From the IMG/VR virus record IMGVR_UViG_3300037010_002464: 64,000 nucleotides of DNA; one strand, 5' to 3'. Position numbers and translations under genes: made by a program. Under the pieces are notes generated by a model. It was not told the origin of the DNA, did no database searches, and was given only the letters and a program-made list of their open reading frames with translations. Below, piece after piece: positions 1-10,199 of this stretch (its first letter is position 1; each line of letters starts with the position of its first letter). Source of the DNA: a virus.

Positions 1-183
1 GGTTTGCCGGATGACAGTCTCAGGAGCCTTGACCGGCGCGACTTTGACTGGAGCCGGCGTGCGCGCAAACTTAGGTACGCTCGCCCACTTAGCCAGCATC
101 TGTTCATTGGAGTCATGCAGCGCCTGTTGCTTGCTTGTTAACTGATGCTTCTTTCGCTTCATACCTTGGATTGTATTCGGCAT
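1..183 (-). CDS. Hypothetical basic protein, 5' part only (runs off the window)
   Basis: ATG at 183, frame open to position 1 (MPNTIQGMKRKKHQ...); translated by hand. Confidence 0.5.
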   Translation of the reverse strand, partial: MPNTIQGMKRKKHQLTSKQQALHDSNEQMLAKWASVPKFARTPAPVKVAPVKAPETVIRQT

Positions 184-205
184 TAGCCGCTTTGTAAATA
201 CTTCC

Positions 206-1012
206 ATGCTTAAGACCTACATCATCCAACGTTCAATTCTCGAGCCTATCCCGTGCGAGCGCCTGCACCGTGTTGACTATGACGAGCTGCTCAAGACAAT
301 GCGCTTTCCGCTCATGTGGGTATACGAGCACTACCTGCAGGCATGGCTACCGCGCGAGGTGGATGAGCGCTTGATCTTGTCGATGACCGGCTATAGGCTC
401 GATAATGACCGGCTAATGCGCAGGCTAACAGTCCTGGGTTTGCTCGAGGTGCCACAGCTGCGATGGGAGGACCTCAAGGACCAGCTTAAAGCTGACGGCT
501 ATGTCAAGGTTCCAGGCATAGTGCCTGCGGGTTACTGCGCTCAGCTAGCTGACTACTTCTACCGTCAACCTGAAGTCCATGAGCGCTGGCCTGACATGCC
601 TGGCATCAAGCGTACATCGGTCAATGACTCGCCGTTGATGCGACTGGTCCATGAGGCTACGCTCAAGCTTGCACTCTACGTGCTTGACGCTGACATCAAG
701 ACCAGCTATAGCTTTACAGCAGCATATGAGGCAGGTACCGTGCTGCCGCGGCACACTGACAGGCCGCAGTGCGTTTACAACGCGTCCGTCATCTTAGGTG
801 TCGACCCGTCAAGCGCTGACCCTAAGGAGTGGCCGCTCTTCATCGAAGTCAACGGAGTGCCGCATGCTGCCAAGCTCAACGTAGGCGACGCTGTGTTCTA
901 TGCAGGTACCCGAGACCCACATTGGCGGAACGAGCTCCCAGCAAACATGCACCGGCTACTGGGAACCTTTTTCCACTACGTGCCGGCGGACTTTGCCGGC
1001 TCGCTTGCTTAG
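206..1012 (+). CDS. 2OG-Fe(II) dioxygenase, phage type
   Basis: YSFTAAYEAGTVLPRHTDRPQC (HxD), GDAVFYAG, distal HWR, FFHYV; TAAATA at 195-200, 5 nt before the ATG. Confidence 0.8.
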   Translation: MLKTYIIQRSILEPIPCERLHRVDYDELLKTMRFPLMWVYEHYLQAWLPREVDERLILSMTGYRLDNDRLMRRLTVLGLLEVPQLRWEDLKDQLKADGYVKVPGIVPAGYCAQLADYFYRQPEVHERWPDMPGIKRTSVNDSPLMRLVHEATLKLALYVLDADIKTSYSFTAAYEAGTVLPRHTDRPQCVYNASVILGVDPSSADPKEWPLFIEVNGVPHAAKLNVGDAVFYAGTRDPHWRNELPANMHRLLGTFFHYVPADFAGSLA

Positions 1013-2466
1013 ACCCAGTAGCCGGTGAATGTCACGATAGACGTGATCGACTGGGATGCGGTAGCCGTACCCACAAGCTGCTTGAAGTGGGTGTTGATGA
1101 ATTCACCCGGGTGGACAACGATCGGCGCGGACTGAAAGTCCATGACGAGGTCCGGCGCATAGACAGCGCCGATAGCAGCAGCGATAGGTACCGACTGGAA
1201 ACCGAGGAAGATGCGGCGGGGCGTCTTCGTTGTACCTGTGGCGAATGAACCAGTCTCAGCGGTTTGCATCGACACGGCGGTATGGCCATAGCCGATCGCC
1301 CACTGAAGAGTAGTCGGCGTGGTTACAACAGCAGCGCCCGTGTTGATTGACGAGATGCGAACGCCGGTGATGATCAAGTTACGACCCGTAATGTTGATCG
1401 TCGCTGCTGGCACCTGGTAGCTTGTTGCGATGTAGTCGGTGTTCGCGCCCGCAGCAGCCGTGATGACCGTGACGCCTCCCAAGCCCGTCGAAGCGGCGGC
1501 GGTGTTCGAGCCGGCAGCCGTTGTTGGGTTCGTTGACGAGCCGGTAGTAATCGTGCCGGTGGCTTGCGTTGAACCGACAGTCGTACCGTTCTGACCTTGG
1601 TAGGCCATTAGGCCTGCAAGAGCTTGCTGATGAGCATACGGCAGGTTGGTGTCCAGGTCCATCAGCGACACCGTTAGGTCCGAGACACGCCACGTGTTCG
1701 TGTTTGAGACCGTACCGGTGTTGTACTTCATCATGAATACAGGTAGCGAGCCAGCGATGAAGGGCTGTCCGTTGCCCGCTGGAACATTCAACGTGCCGAT
1801 TAGCACGTCATCCAACCAGAAGTATACGCTGTGCTCTGAGACAACGATCGTTGTCTTGAACATCGTACTGACCGTGAGCTGTGCGAGGGAGCGCATAACT
1901 GACGTCGTCGTCGTCGTGCCGTTAAACCTTACTTCACCGACCATGCCCACGGTAGTAATCCGAATCCAAGCACCGTCTGTCGGTTCCGTCGTGGCAGCTG
2001 TTGGGTTACCCAGGCCGAACATGACGTTCTCATTGGCTACGAGCGTTGCGGTGAAGAGCCCTTGGGTAAATTCCAGCGACAACGGCGCGGTGCCAACCAC
2101 CGGGAAGTACTGGAACGTCTTCATGTATGCGCCGTGCGATGAGGTCGTGCCTTGAACCGTGCCGAAGTTCAACGTGCCTGCGCCTGGCAAAGACGCTGTC
2201 AGTGTGTTGAAGGTGTATGACCAGTTGGACGTATTTTGCGCGGTTGCGTTGAACGTCTCGGTGAACAGCATCGTGTCCACGCCGATGCGCAGCCGATAGT
2301 CATTCGAGGTCTCAGGGCTACGCAGCGTCGCGGTGCCCAGGATCGTACCGTCATCGTTCTCGCTGAAGATGCGAGTCTTTGAGTTGTTGGTCAGGGCTAC
2401 TGACAGCTCGCCAGAGCTGCTAACTTCGGCGCCTTGGCCAGTGGATGGGGAGTTGATGATTGCCAT
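1009..2466 (-). CDS. Thr/Gly/Ala-rich virion structural (fibre/lectin-like) protein
   Basis: Beta-rich composition; late promoter TAAATA (2487-2492) and SD GAGGA upstream. Confidence 0.55.
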   Translation of the reverse strand: MAIINSPSTGQGAEVSSSGELSVALTNNSKTRIFSENDDGTILGTATLRSPETSNDYRLRIGVDTMLFTETFNATAQNTSNWSYTFNTLTASLPGAGTLNFGTVQGTTSSHGAYMKTFQYFPVVGTAPLSLEFTQGLFTATLVANENVMFGLGNPTAATTEPTDGAWIRITTVGMVGEVRFNGTTTTTSVMRSLAQLTVSTMFKTTIVVSEHSVYFWLDDVLIGTLNVPAGNGQPFIAGSLPVFMMKYNTGTVSNTNTWRVSDLTVSLMDLDTNLPYAHQQALAGLMAYQGQNGTTVGSTQATGTITTGSSTNPTTAAGSNTAAASTGLGGVTVITAAAGANTDYIATSYQVPAATINITGRNLIITGVRISSINTGAAVVTTPTTLQWAIGYGHTAVSMQTAETGSFATGTTKTPRRIFLGFQSVPIAAAIGAVYAPDLVMDFQSAPIVVHPGEFINTHFKQLVGTATASQSITSIVTFTGYWV

Positions 2467-2494
2467 GTAAGAGATCCTCTAGTTGCTATTTATG

Positions 2495-4990
2495 CTAGTC
2501 GACGATGCGCATCCAGCATCCCAAGCCTTCATCAACCGTTGAGTTGCCTGACATGGGCATTTGCATTACGGATGTGTCAAATGACAGGATGTAGGGTGTT
2601 GTTGTTAAGCCTATAGGCTGATAGAGACTTTGCTTCCAAAGGATGAGCTGATTGCCAGAGCCGATGGTAAGCGGGTATCCGCCTGTGATAGGTTGCCTAA
2701 ACACGTCCACTAAGGGCATGTTTAACGCATATGTCGGACCGTTCGGCGAAACTGCATACCGGCCGTAAGGTTCCATTATGTAGTTGCCGATGGTGTATTG
2801 GGCGTTCACTCGCAAGCCCGTCCGCGACACAGACCAGGTCGTCATATTATCTGTACTGGTGTAGCCGGTATATCGGTTTACGTCATATGTCATCCACGTG
2901 TTTGTAGGGATGTGATAAACAAGTGACTCGCAAGCGATTGATCCGGCAGCGGTAGACGCTGAAATCTCAGTGAACGAGAGCATGTTTGACGACTTGTAGA
3001 TGCCATACAAACATAGCACGTAATAGTCGCTGCCGATCTTCGTGATGTTATTGACCGCGCTAACCGTACCCGTAAGGGTTGTAATAAGCGTCCAGGAAGC
3101 ACCATGGTTAGTAGTTTGGTAAACACTCCCGTTATGACCAAGCGCCACAGTGCTAGACGACGACACCGATACAACCCGGTAATTTTGCACGCCAGGGTAA
3201 TTTGTAGGGTTGAGTGATGTCGCGGTCAAGGCGCCGGAGGGAGACGTGAACGTGTATACGACACCTTGATTGATGCTGTTTGTTGCGGCCAAGTAATATG
3301 TCGAGCCGTCATATGCGAGGCAACTTTGTGACGGTAAATTCAAGTCAGCATAGGCAACGCCGGCACCCGCAATTGTTTGCGCGACTGTCCATGTAGCGCC
3401 TTCATCAGTCGACGTGATAATACTGATGTCGTTTGTATTCGTGTTTACGTTTACCAACACGATTGTCGAGCCTGTATAGCAAGAGCCTAGGTGAACTGCG
3501 CCGAGTGCGGAGCGCTCGACCACCCCGCAAAAAGTTACATTGACTTTAGGAAATAGCGCCTTCAAGCTAGCTGATGCATTGCTATATGTCGATGAGCCGT
3601 CGCACTGTTTAAACTTGCCCTCAAGCGCAGTGCCATAGCCTGGGTTGTAATCCATGGTAGAATACCCTGGATAGTCTGCCGGGTTTACGTTGTCATCGAT
3701 TGCGATGTATGAGGCAGCAAAGTCAGAAAGCTGAGGGAACATCACAAAGCGTGATGGAAACACAGCATATGACTTAGCCTTATCGATTGTGAACTTTTTA
3801 AAGAAGCCAACGCCGACAGAGGGTGCATTGAACACACCGAACGTCGTGTCATCGAGCGTGACAGCATTGAAGCACAAGGACATAAAGCCTTCATATTGGA
3901 CATTAAGCGGTGTAACTTCAATGCCTGAAGCTTGAAGATTTTCCGTTAAGTCGCGAATCAAAATCCCTGTAACTGTACTATTGCTAAGAGACCCTGTGAT
4001 CACATATTTGTTTGACAAAGCCATCAATGCATTAGCTTCAAAGCCTTGCGCTAAATTTGCGTAGTTCTTGATCGTTGTGAAGTTATCATTAGTGATGTAT
4101 ACAGCGCCGTTTGTGGCAAGCATGTAAAATGAGTTGCCATATGACTTAAGCGGTCCTGTGAAGTCAGATGCTTGGAAATAGATTGACCCAATCAAATTAT
4201 GCCTAGTCCATGTACCCCCAACGGTAGAATTTGTGAAGAATGCCGTGTAGTTATAGTTGAGATAACTGCTATAGCTGGGAACTGCCGCTACTGCAAGCAC
4301 TCCCGCGTCATTGACAGCAAAGGCCCATGCCTTGCTAATAGTTGAATCAGATGCGTATGACCAAGACACGCAGTCGGATGATGACGCAATTACTGCTGTA
4401 GCATTTGTGTTGTAAGCAGCCGCAAATACATAAAAGGTACCAGCCTTAAAGATGAATTCGGACGTTGTCTGAGACAAGTCAGGTACCGTTACTGTACCTA
4501 CATATGACCAGCTAGCCCCTGTTGTAGACGTGTAAATCTCACCCGTAGTAGCGAGGATGTAATAAGCGGCGCTTGTAGCGCATACAGCTGAATACTGCTT
4601 ATCAGAAACAGTACCGATTGACCAAGATGAACCGCCGTCCGTCGAATATGTAACTTGAGTGATCGTATCGCTTCCATAGAGGTTATAAGGCACAGCTAAG
4701 ATCTTTAAGCTGTCTATGTTAGCGACCTTCCATTGATAGCCACCCGCAGCTATCGGCAAGGCAACGGAGGTAACAACCTCGGCCTTTTTGTTATAAATCC
4801 CAGGGGCGTCAAATGGCAGCTGTTCTCCTGGCAAGCGAATGCCGCCGTTGTATGCAGTAAGGCTATAGATGCCGTCGCCATAGCTGCCAGTGCGCTTAAA
4901 CTTGTTGGACGGCGGAGGCAGAGCAAAATAACTGCTTTCACCCTTGACGCTACGCTTCTTATTTGCTCCGTAAAGGCTCTTATGAGTCAT
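2495..4990 (-). CDS. Tail fibre/receptor-binding protein with two BNR (Asp-box) beta-propeller modules
   Basis: YSTDGGSSW, TSTDEGATW, TTNHGASW, TSTDNMTTW; tail-collar-like CDGSSTY...LKALFP. Confidence 0.6.
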   Translation of the reverse strand: MTHKSLYGANKKRSVKGESSYFALPPPSNKFKRTGSYGDGIYSLTAYNGGIRLPGEQLPFDAPGIYNKKAEVVTSVALPIAAGGYQWKVANIDSLKILAVPYNLYGSDTITQVTYSTDGGSSWSIGTVSDKQYSAVCATSAAYYILATTGEIYTSTTGASWSYVGTVTVPDLSQTTSEFIFKAGTFYVFAAAYNTNATAVIASSSDCVSWSYASDSTISKAWAFAVNDAGVLAVAAVPSYSSYLNYNYTAFFTNSTVGGTWTRHNLIGSIYFQASDFTGPLKSYGNSFYMLATNGAVYITNDNFTTIKNYANLAQGFEANALMALSNKYVITGSLSNSTVTGILIRDLTENLQASGIEVTPLNVQYEGFMSLCFNAVTLDDTTFGVFNAPSVGVGFFKKFTIDKAKSYAVFPSRFVMFPQLSDFAASYIAIDDNVNPADYPGYSTMDYNPGYGTALEGKFKQCDGSSTYSNASASLKALFPKVNVTFCGVVERSALGAVHLGSCYTGSTIVLVNVNTNTNDISIITSTDEGATWTVAQTIAGAGVAYADLNLPSQSCLAYDGSTYYLAATNSINQGVVYTFTSPSGALTATSLNPTNYPGVQNYRVVSVSSSSTVALGHNGSVYQTTNHGASWTLITTLTGTVSAVNNITKIGSDYYVLCLYGIYKSSNMLSFTEISASTAAGSIACESLVYHIPTNTWMTYDVNRYTGYTSTDNMTTWSVSRTGLRVNAQYTIGNYIMEPYGRYAVSPNGPTYALNMPLVDVFRQPITGGYPLTIGSGNQLILWKQSLYQPIGLTTTPYILSFDTSVMQMPMSGNSTVDEGLGCWMRIVD

Positions 4991-6192
4991 TTGATTCTCA
5001 GCTTAGCGCCCGAGTATTCAGTGGGCATGATGTCTTTTTTGATCAATGAAAAGTCGTGCTTAATAACAACCGAATGAGACGAATTTGAGATTGAATAAAG
5101 GTTATCATTAAGCATGAACGTTTCATTATAGCCGATGCCTAGCAAAACTCTTGCATTATCGTAGCTAGTCCATGTTTTAAGGTCGTATGACATGTATGGA
5201 CCAATAACGTAAATCGCCCGTCCGGTTGAGTCTGTTGTCTTAAACAGCTTGTTAGTCCCAAAAAAGCCTACGGTTGAATTCATTGAATTCAGCCTCACTT
5301 TAGTCCAGTTAAGCCCATCAGCTGACACTAGCATCTGGAGGGTATAAGACATTGATGTCCTGTACGCCGTGAACAGCTGACCGCTTTTATTGTAAGGCAG
5401 AGCTTCTACGACCCATCCATTTTCGAGCACCTTGGTGAAGGTTGACATGTCCTCTGTGTAATATGCATTGTCAACTATGACCCCCTTTGAAGTTGGGCCG
5501 GTACCTGTTATTTTAAAGCCCACCGGACCTACAATGGGGTTCCTGGTCATCGTCGGCGATGCTGACAATGGCTTATTGATTACTAACGGTATTCCCACTA
5601 CACCGCTGTCATTCTTCAAAGTAGTAAAGATCTTTGTTTGAGTAGCTGCTGACTGGATGCCATTGCCATATGATAGCAAAGCTTCTGTGATAGAAATTGT
5701 GAATTGCGTCCAACCCGACAACCCGTCCGCTGAATAGCAGCCAAATGTGCGAGTGTTGACAAAATCATAGCAGAACATTAGGTACTCGCTACCTGTCCAT
5801 AAAATGCTACCTGCAAACTGGGTGCTAGCCCACGCAATTGATGATGTCTCCCAATTAACAAAGTCAGCGGTTTTCCAAACTAGCAAATTCGCGCCGCTGG
5901 CGTCATAAGTGACTAGGAGGTATGCAGGGCCACCTATGCATACAATTGCGCCCGGCGCAAGGGTCAAGACATCAGTGCCAGGAACAAACAGCATGGGTGT
6001 AGAGTTAACTACACCGAAGCGCTGCTGTTGCAGCAACGTCATCTTAGACGTGTCAACGGGTTGCCCACCTTGGTTAAGGTCGATCTCGTCAGGATGCGTT
6101 AGCATTGAGTAGGTAAGCTTACCTACTTCACTGTTGGTTACATCGGCTGGATTCTTGTCGCCTCGAAAGCCGATTCGCTGACCCTTATTCAT
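4987..6192 (-). CDS. Beta-propeller fibre protein (paralogous architecture)
   Basis: TADFVNW, YSADGLSGW, VSADGLNW, SYDLKTW repeats; AT-richer than core genes. Confidence 0.55.
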   Translation of the reverse strand: MNKGQRIGFRGDKNPADVTNSEVGKLTYSMLTHPDEIDLNQGGQPVDTSKMTLLQQQRFGVVNSTPMLFVPGTDVLTLAPGAIVCIGGPAYLLVTYDASGANLLVWKTADFVNWETSSIAWASTQFAGSILWTGSEYLMFCYDFVNTRTFGCYSADGLSGWTQFTISITEALLSYGNGIQSAATQTKIFTTLKNDSGVVGIPLVINKPLSASPTMTRNPIVGPVGFKITGTGPTSKGVIVDNAYYTEDMSTFTKVLENGWVVEALPYNKSGQLFTAYRTSMSYTLQMLVSADGLNWTKVRLNSMNSTVGFFGTNKLFKTTDSTGRAIYVIGPYMSYDLKTWTSYDNARVLLGIGYNETFMLNDNLYSISNSSHSVVIKHDFSLIKKDIMPTEYSGAKLRIK

Positions 6193-7424
6193 CTGACCTT
6201 CACGTAAAGGTTGTTAGCTGTTAAGAGGTCCCAAGTAATTAACGGTACCTGCATAGTAGATGGATCGATGATAACTTCACCGATAAATGGAGCCGTCATG
6301 AATTCATCATCCGCTGAGTATTTAGTATACATGAATGCCCTGCTATTAGCAGCATACACTCCATTCAAAATCATCGGAACTTCGTAAAAGTCATATACTA
6401 CCGGAACTTGATCTAGCCCAGCGCTAACTGAAAGCAAGTTTTCGCCTTGGCATGGCACATCGTCATAGCCTGATCGTGCACTAATGTTGACAAAGGCTCT
6501 TAACCAATAGCTGCCTAGGCTCATCACCGGCGAATTTGCACACGCCAATATGTTGTCATCATCTCCCGCGGCTAGATTAAAGGTGCCTGTCCAGGACGTG
6601 CCGTTAGCCGATGACATCAGCCTACCATTTCGAGTAGAGACTACCCACGTGCTGTTAACATAGCAGAACGGGTGAGCGCTAGAAGCATATCCGGCACGAG
6701 TCCAAGTCACGCCATGGTCTGTTGACTTATAGATTTCGGTAGTACCTGGTACGGTAGTTGCTAAAAGCAATGAGCTTGTGCCGCTTACATGCTTAACGTC
6801 ACGACCGCTAAACACCGTTGTCCAAGTTGACCCGTTAGTCGACCTAATCATGCCACCATAATCAGTTTGGTATGAATCATGCTGCATGATGCTAGCGATC
6901 CAAGCTGTGCCGTCCCACAAGAGAGCGCTTATAAGCGCGCCTGTTGAAGCGCAAAAGCCAGTCAGCGTCGAACCTGCAGTCCAAGTTGTACCGGCTGTCG
7001 AATATGCTGTATAGACGCTGGCGCCAAGCGTGTCGAAGGGTGACCGTTTTCCTATAGCTGTGCCGATTACGACATACTGCGAGCCGTTATAGCCTAGCAT
7101 ACGCCAAACATAGCCTGTATTTGCAGGCAGTGTAACAGGCGATGACCACGTGATAAAGTCGGTTGTTGTTGAAAATTGAGTAGCGCTTATAGCCGCCCAC
7201 AACGACCCTGTCCAAATGATGTCGACAACCAAGAACGGGGTGAAGTGCTGTTTAAGCGTGATCTTGGGATAGATCCTCTTAAGATCCGCAGGTGCATTCG
7301 TAACATAGGTCTTTTGACCCATCACGGGTGCATAGTCCTTGTTCTGATAGTCGATGCCGTAAGTCAGCTTGCCAAAGCCGACAATAGGCCTTGCGCCTGC
7401 ACCCGCAAACACACCCTTGTTCAT
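6189..7424 (-). CDS. Beta-propeller fibre protein (paralogous architecture)
   Basis: STNGSTW, KSTDHGVTW, SANGTSW repeats; C-terminal MQVP...YVKVR resembles the neighbours' C-termini. Confidence 0.55.
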   Translation of the reverse strand: MNKGVFAGAGARPIVGFGKLTYGIDYQNKDYAPVMGQKTYVTNAPADLKRIYPKITLKQHFTPFLVVDIIWTGSLWAAISATQFSTTTDFITWSSPVTLPANTGYVWRMLGYNGSQYVVIGTAIGKRSPFDTLGASVYTAYSTAGTTWTAGSTLTGFCASTGALISALLWDGTAWIASIMQHDSYQTDYGGMIRSTNGSTWTTVFSGRDVKHVSGTSSLLLATTVPGTTEIYKSTDHGVTWTRAGYASSAHPFCYVNSTWVVSTRNGRLMSSANGTSWTGTFNLAAGDDDNILACANSPVMSLGSYWLRAFVNISARSGYDDVPCQGENLLSVSAGLDQVPVVYDFYEVPMILNGVYAANSRAFMYTKYSADDEFMTAPFIGEVIIDPSTMQVPLITWDLLTANNLYVKVR

Positions 7425-7807
7425 TAGAAGTCACCGGCCCGAGTCACAAGCACGTTGAAGGACTCAGCGTTGTGAGTGCTAGCGCGCAGCTTCCAGCCTG
7501 ACTTAATGATGAGCGCAAGGTCAGACACGCTATAGGACCAAGTGGCGTTGGTCGTTGACGGTGTATTTGCCGGCACCAGGATTTCCTTCCACAAGCGCGT
7601 GTTCGTGCCGTCTGAAACGAAGATGCGCACTACGCCGGCCGTGGTAGTACCTTGGGCCGTGACCGTCAGGTCATCAATGCGAGTACCGCTTGAACCACCG
7701 GTTAGCACGTCTACGATCGTGCCTGTGCCGTCACGGGCTGTGTTAGCGGCGCTGATGACAACGGCTGCGGCCGCAACGGTTGACGCATACTGTGCATATT
7801 GGGACAT
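7424..7807 (-). CDS. Small virion structural protein
   Basis: 127 aa, all-beta, translationally coupled within the late operon; SD GAGG. Confidence 0.5.
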   Translation of the reverse strand: MSQYAQYASTVAAAAVVISAANTARDGTGTIVDVLTGGSSGTRIDDLTVTAQGTTTAGVVRIFVSDGTNTRLWKEILVPANTPSTTNATWSYSVSDLALIIKSGWKLRASTHNAESFNVLVTRAGDF

Positions 7808-7816
7808 GGGAACCTC

Positions 7817-9529
7817 TTAGATGATGTTAGCCGCTTGGAGCGTGAAGTCAGGAACCGTCGGTTGACCCGACGTGATGAACATTTGCGATGTGCCGACCTT
7901 CGCCGTCACTTGGCAGATGCGTTGGCCTTTGATCGGGCTTGTAGACGTGCCTAGCAGCAGCAGCGTGTCAGCGGTTACGACCTTGCCGACCCATTGCAGC
8001 ACGCCGAACTCATGCTCGTCAAAGTAGACGCCGATTGGTGTGTAGCCTGAGGTGACACACTGCACACGCTGACCAACCTGTAGGCCTGCAAGGGAGATTG
8101 AGAACTGCTTAGCATAAGTTGGGATCGTGCCGAAGTCAACGGTCACATCAGTCGAGATTATGACTGTGCCGTTCTGGCTGATCTGCGTGAAGGCGAGGGA
8201 CGTGGTGTTAAGGGTGATCGGCTGGTAGGTGCTTAGCATCCACACCGTTGTGGCGTTTGCGGTGCCTTCAGCCACGGTTACCAGCAAGCCAGTGATCGCT
8301 TCGGCGCTTGAATCCAGGCCTGAGATGCGCGTCATCGTTGACGCTGAGCCGTTGTAAGTGTAGACGCCGTTTTGAGAGCCGGTGGTCTGATTCTTAACCA
8401 GCACCATGTCACCGCTCACCATGATGACACCGTCAATTGTCGGGCCAGGAGCTGTTAGGGTCAGGTTAGCTGTTGACGCCACGCGAGCGTTGATGCCTGT
8501 ACCGCCGCTTGAAGACGGTAAGACTGCCGGGTCGATCAAGTCTCCGCTTTGCATAACGGTCAAGCGACCATTCTTAAGCACAACAGGCTTTAAGCCGACA
8601 ACCACTGTCAAGGTAGCAGCCGTTGTTGTCGACGACCCGTTGCTATCCGTGACTACGCACTGGTACCAGTCGCCGTTGTTTGCGCTGCCACCTGTAACGG
8701 TCGCTGCAGCGGTTGTATAAGAGGCTGTCGTGCCACCAGTACCTGTTGAGACATTTGACCAGCTCGAACCGCTATTGACGCTGCACTGCCATTGATAAGT
8801 CAGCGAGCCTGCATTTGCGGTCGCGGTAACAGTAAATGTAGCCGTAACGCCTGCTGTTACAGTTACGCTTGATGGCTGGTTGTTGATCGTCGGTCCGAGA
8901 ACTGTAGCAGGCGCAGCAAAGTATGCGTCGAGCTCAGCTTGCGTGAGCGTACGCGACCAAACAGCGACATTCTTAAAACGCCAGCCGGTGTTAACATTGC
9001 CCGACGCTGTAGTACCGTCAAAGATCGAGCCGATAGTTAGGTACTTCGAGCTACCCGTAGGTGTAACCGATGTTGTATTAGCGGATGACAGCGTGCCACC
9101 CAGGTATACCTGACGACTTGTAGCACCGCCGTATACACACGCCGTGTTGTTATAAACAGCTCCAGAAAGAGCGGCGCTTAGCGCTTCATCCGCGGTGCCA
9201 CCGTTACGCGTCTTAGCGCTTGCTGTGTTTGTGCTACCGGTTTGATAAAGCTGCCAATAGTTACCTGCGCTTGTCGTGTAACCGATGAACGTGTAGTCAC
9301 CGCTTGCACCACCGTTAACGTAAGCCTGTACAGCTATAGTAAACGGCGTGCCCAATGTGATCGTGGTGCACAGCAAGTACGGATTCGTAGCTGAAGTTAC
9401 GGTCCAGCATGAATTTGTCGAGTCCCATGTCAAGCCGCCACCTTGTGAGAAGGTGTTGCCTCCGAATGAACCGACCAGATTGTTAGTCGTTAGCGGCCAG
9501 TATTCTACGAGGTTGGTATTGAGGGACAT
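7817..9529 (-). CDS. LamG/ConA-like + Ig-like + tail-fibre domain virion protein
   Basis: LamG end (VAVWSRTLTQAEL); Ig (QPSSVTV...YQWQ...YQCVVT); fibre motif RVASTANL..IDGV...VLVKNQTTGSQNGVY; TAAATA 5 nt upstream. Confidence 0.7.
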   Translation of the reverse strand: MSLNTNLVEYWPLTTNNLVGSFGGNTFSQGGGLTWDSTNSCWTVTSATNPYLLCTTITLGTPFTIAVQAYVNGGASGDYTFIGYTTSAGNYWQLYQTGSTNTASAKTRNGGTADEALSAALSGAVYNNTACVYGGATSRQVYLGGTLSSANTTSVTPTGSSKYLTIGSIFDGTTASGNVNTGWRFKNVAVWSRTLTQAELDAYFAAPATVLGPTINNQPSSVTVTAGVTATFTVTATANAGSLTYQWQCSVNSGSSWSNVSTGTGGTTASYTTAAATVTGGSANNGDWYQCVVTDSNGSSTTTAATLTVVVGLKPVVLKNGRLTVMQSGDLIDPAVLPSSSGGTGINARVASTANLTLTAPGPTIDGVIMVSGDMVLVKNQTTGSQNGVYTYNGSASTMTRISGLDSSAEAITGLLVTVAEGTANATTVWMLSTYQPITLNTTSLAFTQISQNGTVIISTDVTVDFGTIPTYAKQFSISLAGLQVGQRVQCVTSGYTPIGVYFDEHEFGVLQWVGKVVTADTLLLLGTSTSPIKGQRICQVTAKVGTSQMFITSGQPTVPDFTLQAANII

Positions 9530-9555
9530 GCTGCTATTTATTATCGAGCAAAGTA

Positions 9556-9583
9556 AAAGGCCTGGTCAACTGACCAGGCCTTT
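9556..9583 (-). terminator. Rho-independent terminator after the 97-aa gene
   Basis: AAAGGCCTGGTC-aact-GACCAGGCCTTT, followed by TTTTACTTT on the minus strand. Confidence 0.8.
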
Positions 9584-9628
9584 AGGTTTTAAGTTCGCAC
9601 TTAAGGGTAGCGCATCACCCGAACCAGC

Positions 9629-9922
9629 TTACGCGAGTTCGCCAGCGCCGTACTTGGTCGTGACAGCGCTTGAAGCGGCCGTGACCAGGTTAGCCAGCGT
9701 TGTGCTGGTTGCAGGCACCGAGCCGTTCGGGTAAGCGATCTTGACGGTGTACGTGTCATTGATCGTCATCGCGATGTCGTCCTTCGTGACCGAAGTTGCG
9801 GTAGCGGCGCCCGACTCATGGATGAAGTCGACTGCGGAGAACGAAACCAGGGTGATGACTGGTGAACCAGACGGGCCGGTGCGGTTGATCGTGATGGTGT
9901 GAACTTTTCCGGTGAGGGACAT
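9629..9922 (-). CDS. Small monocistronic late protein (candidate abundant virion/decoration protein)
   Basis: Own TAAATA (9976-9981), 5' hairpin, AGGAG SD and terminator. Confidence 0.6.
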   Translation of the reverse strand: MSLTGKVHTITINRTGPSGSPVITLVSFSAVDFIHESGAATATSVTKDDIAMTINDTYTVKIAYPNGSVPATSTTLANLVTAASSAVTTKYGAGELA

Positions 9923-9974
9923 GTGAGCTCCTAGGCGTGAGGGTTCGCACGCCTATGCGTGCATTGTTGTACCC

Positions 9975-10199
9975 TTATTTATCGGCCAGCAACCTGCTAA
10001 GTTCATTAAAGCCGCCGACCGACCGGTCTTCAGCGACGATGAACGGCACGGCTTTAACGGCTGGGTAAAGCTGACGGAAGGCTTCGAGTGTGATGTCAGC
10101 TCCGATCTTAACTGCTTGAAACGGCTCGCTCTTGGAGGTTAGCATGGCTTTTGCGCGGTCGCACTGGGGGCAGCCGTCTTTGGTGTAGACTGTGTACAT
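9975..10199 (-). CDS. nrdC: Glutaredoxin
   Basis: CPQC active site, VPFI, VGGFNEL; next to the RNR genes. Confidence 0.9.
   Translation of the reverse strand: MYTVYTKDGCPQCDRAKAMLTSKSEPFQAVKIGADITLEAFRQLYPAVKAVPFIVAEDRSVGGFNELSRLLADK

Noticed and set aside
206-1012. TET/JBP 5mC dioxygenase partnering the C5-MTase
   Set aside because: Motifs fit the small phage P4H-like oxygenases, and the gene is 15 kb from the MTase; not excluded without an HMM search
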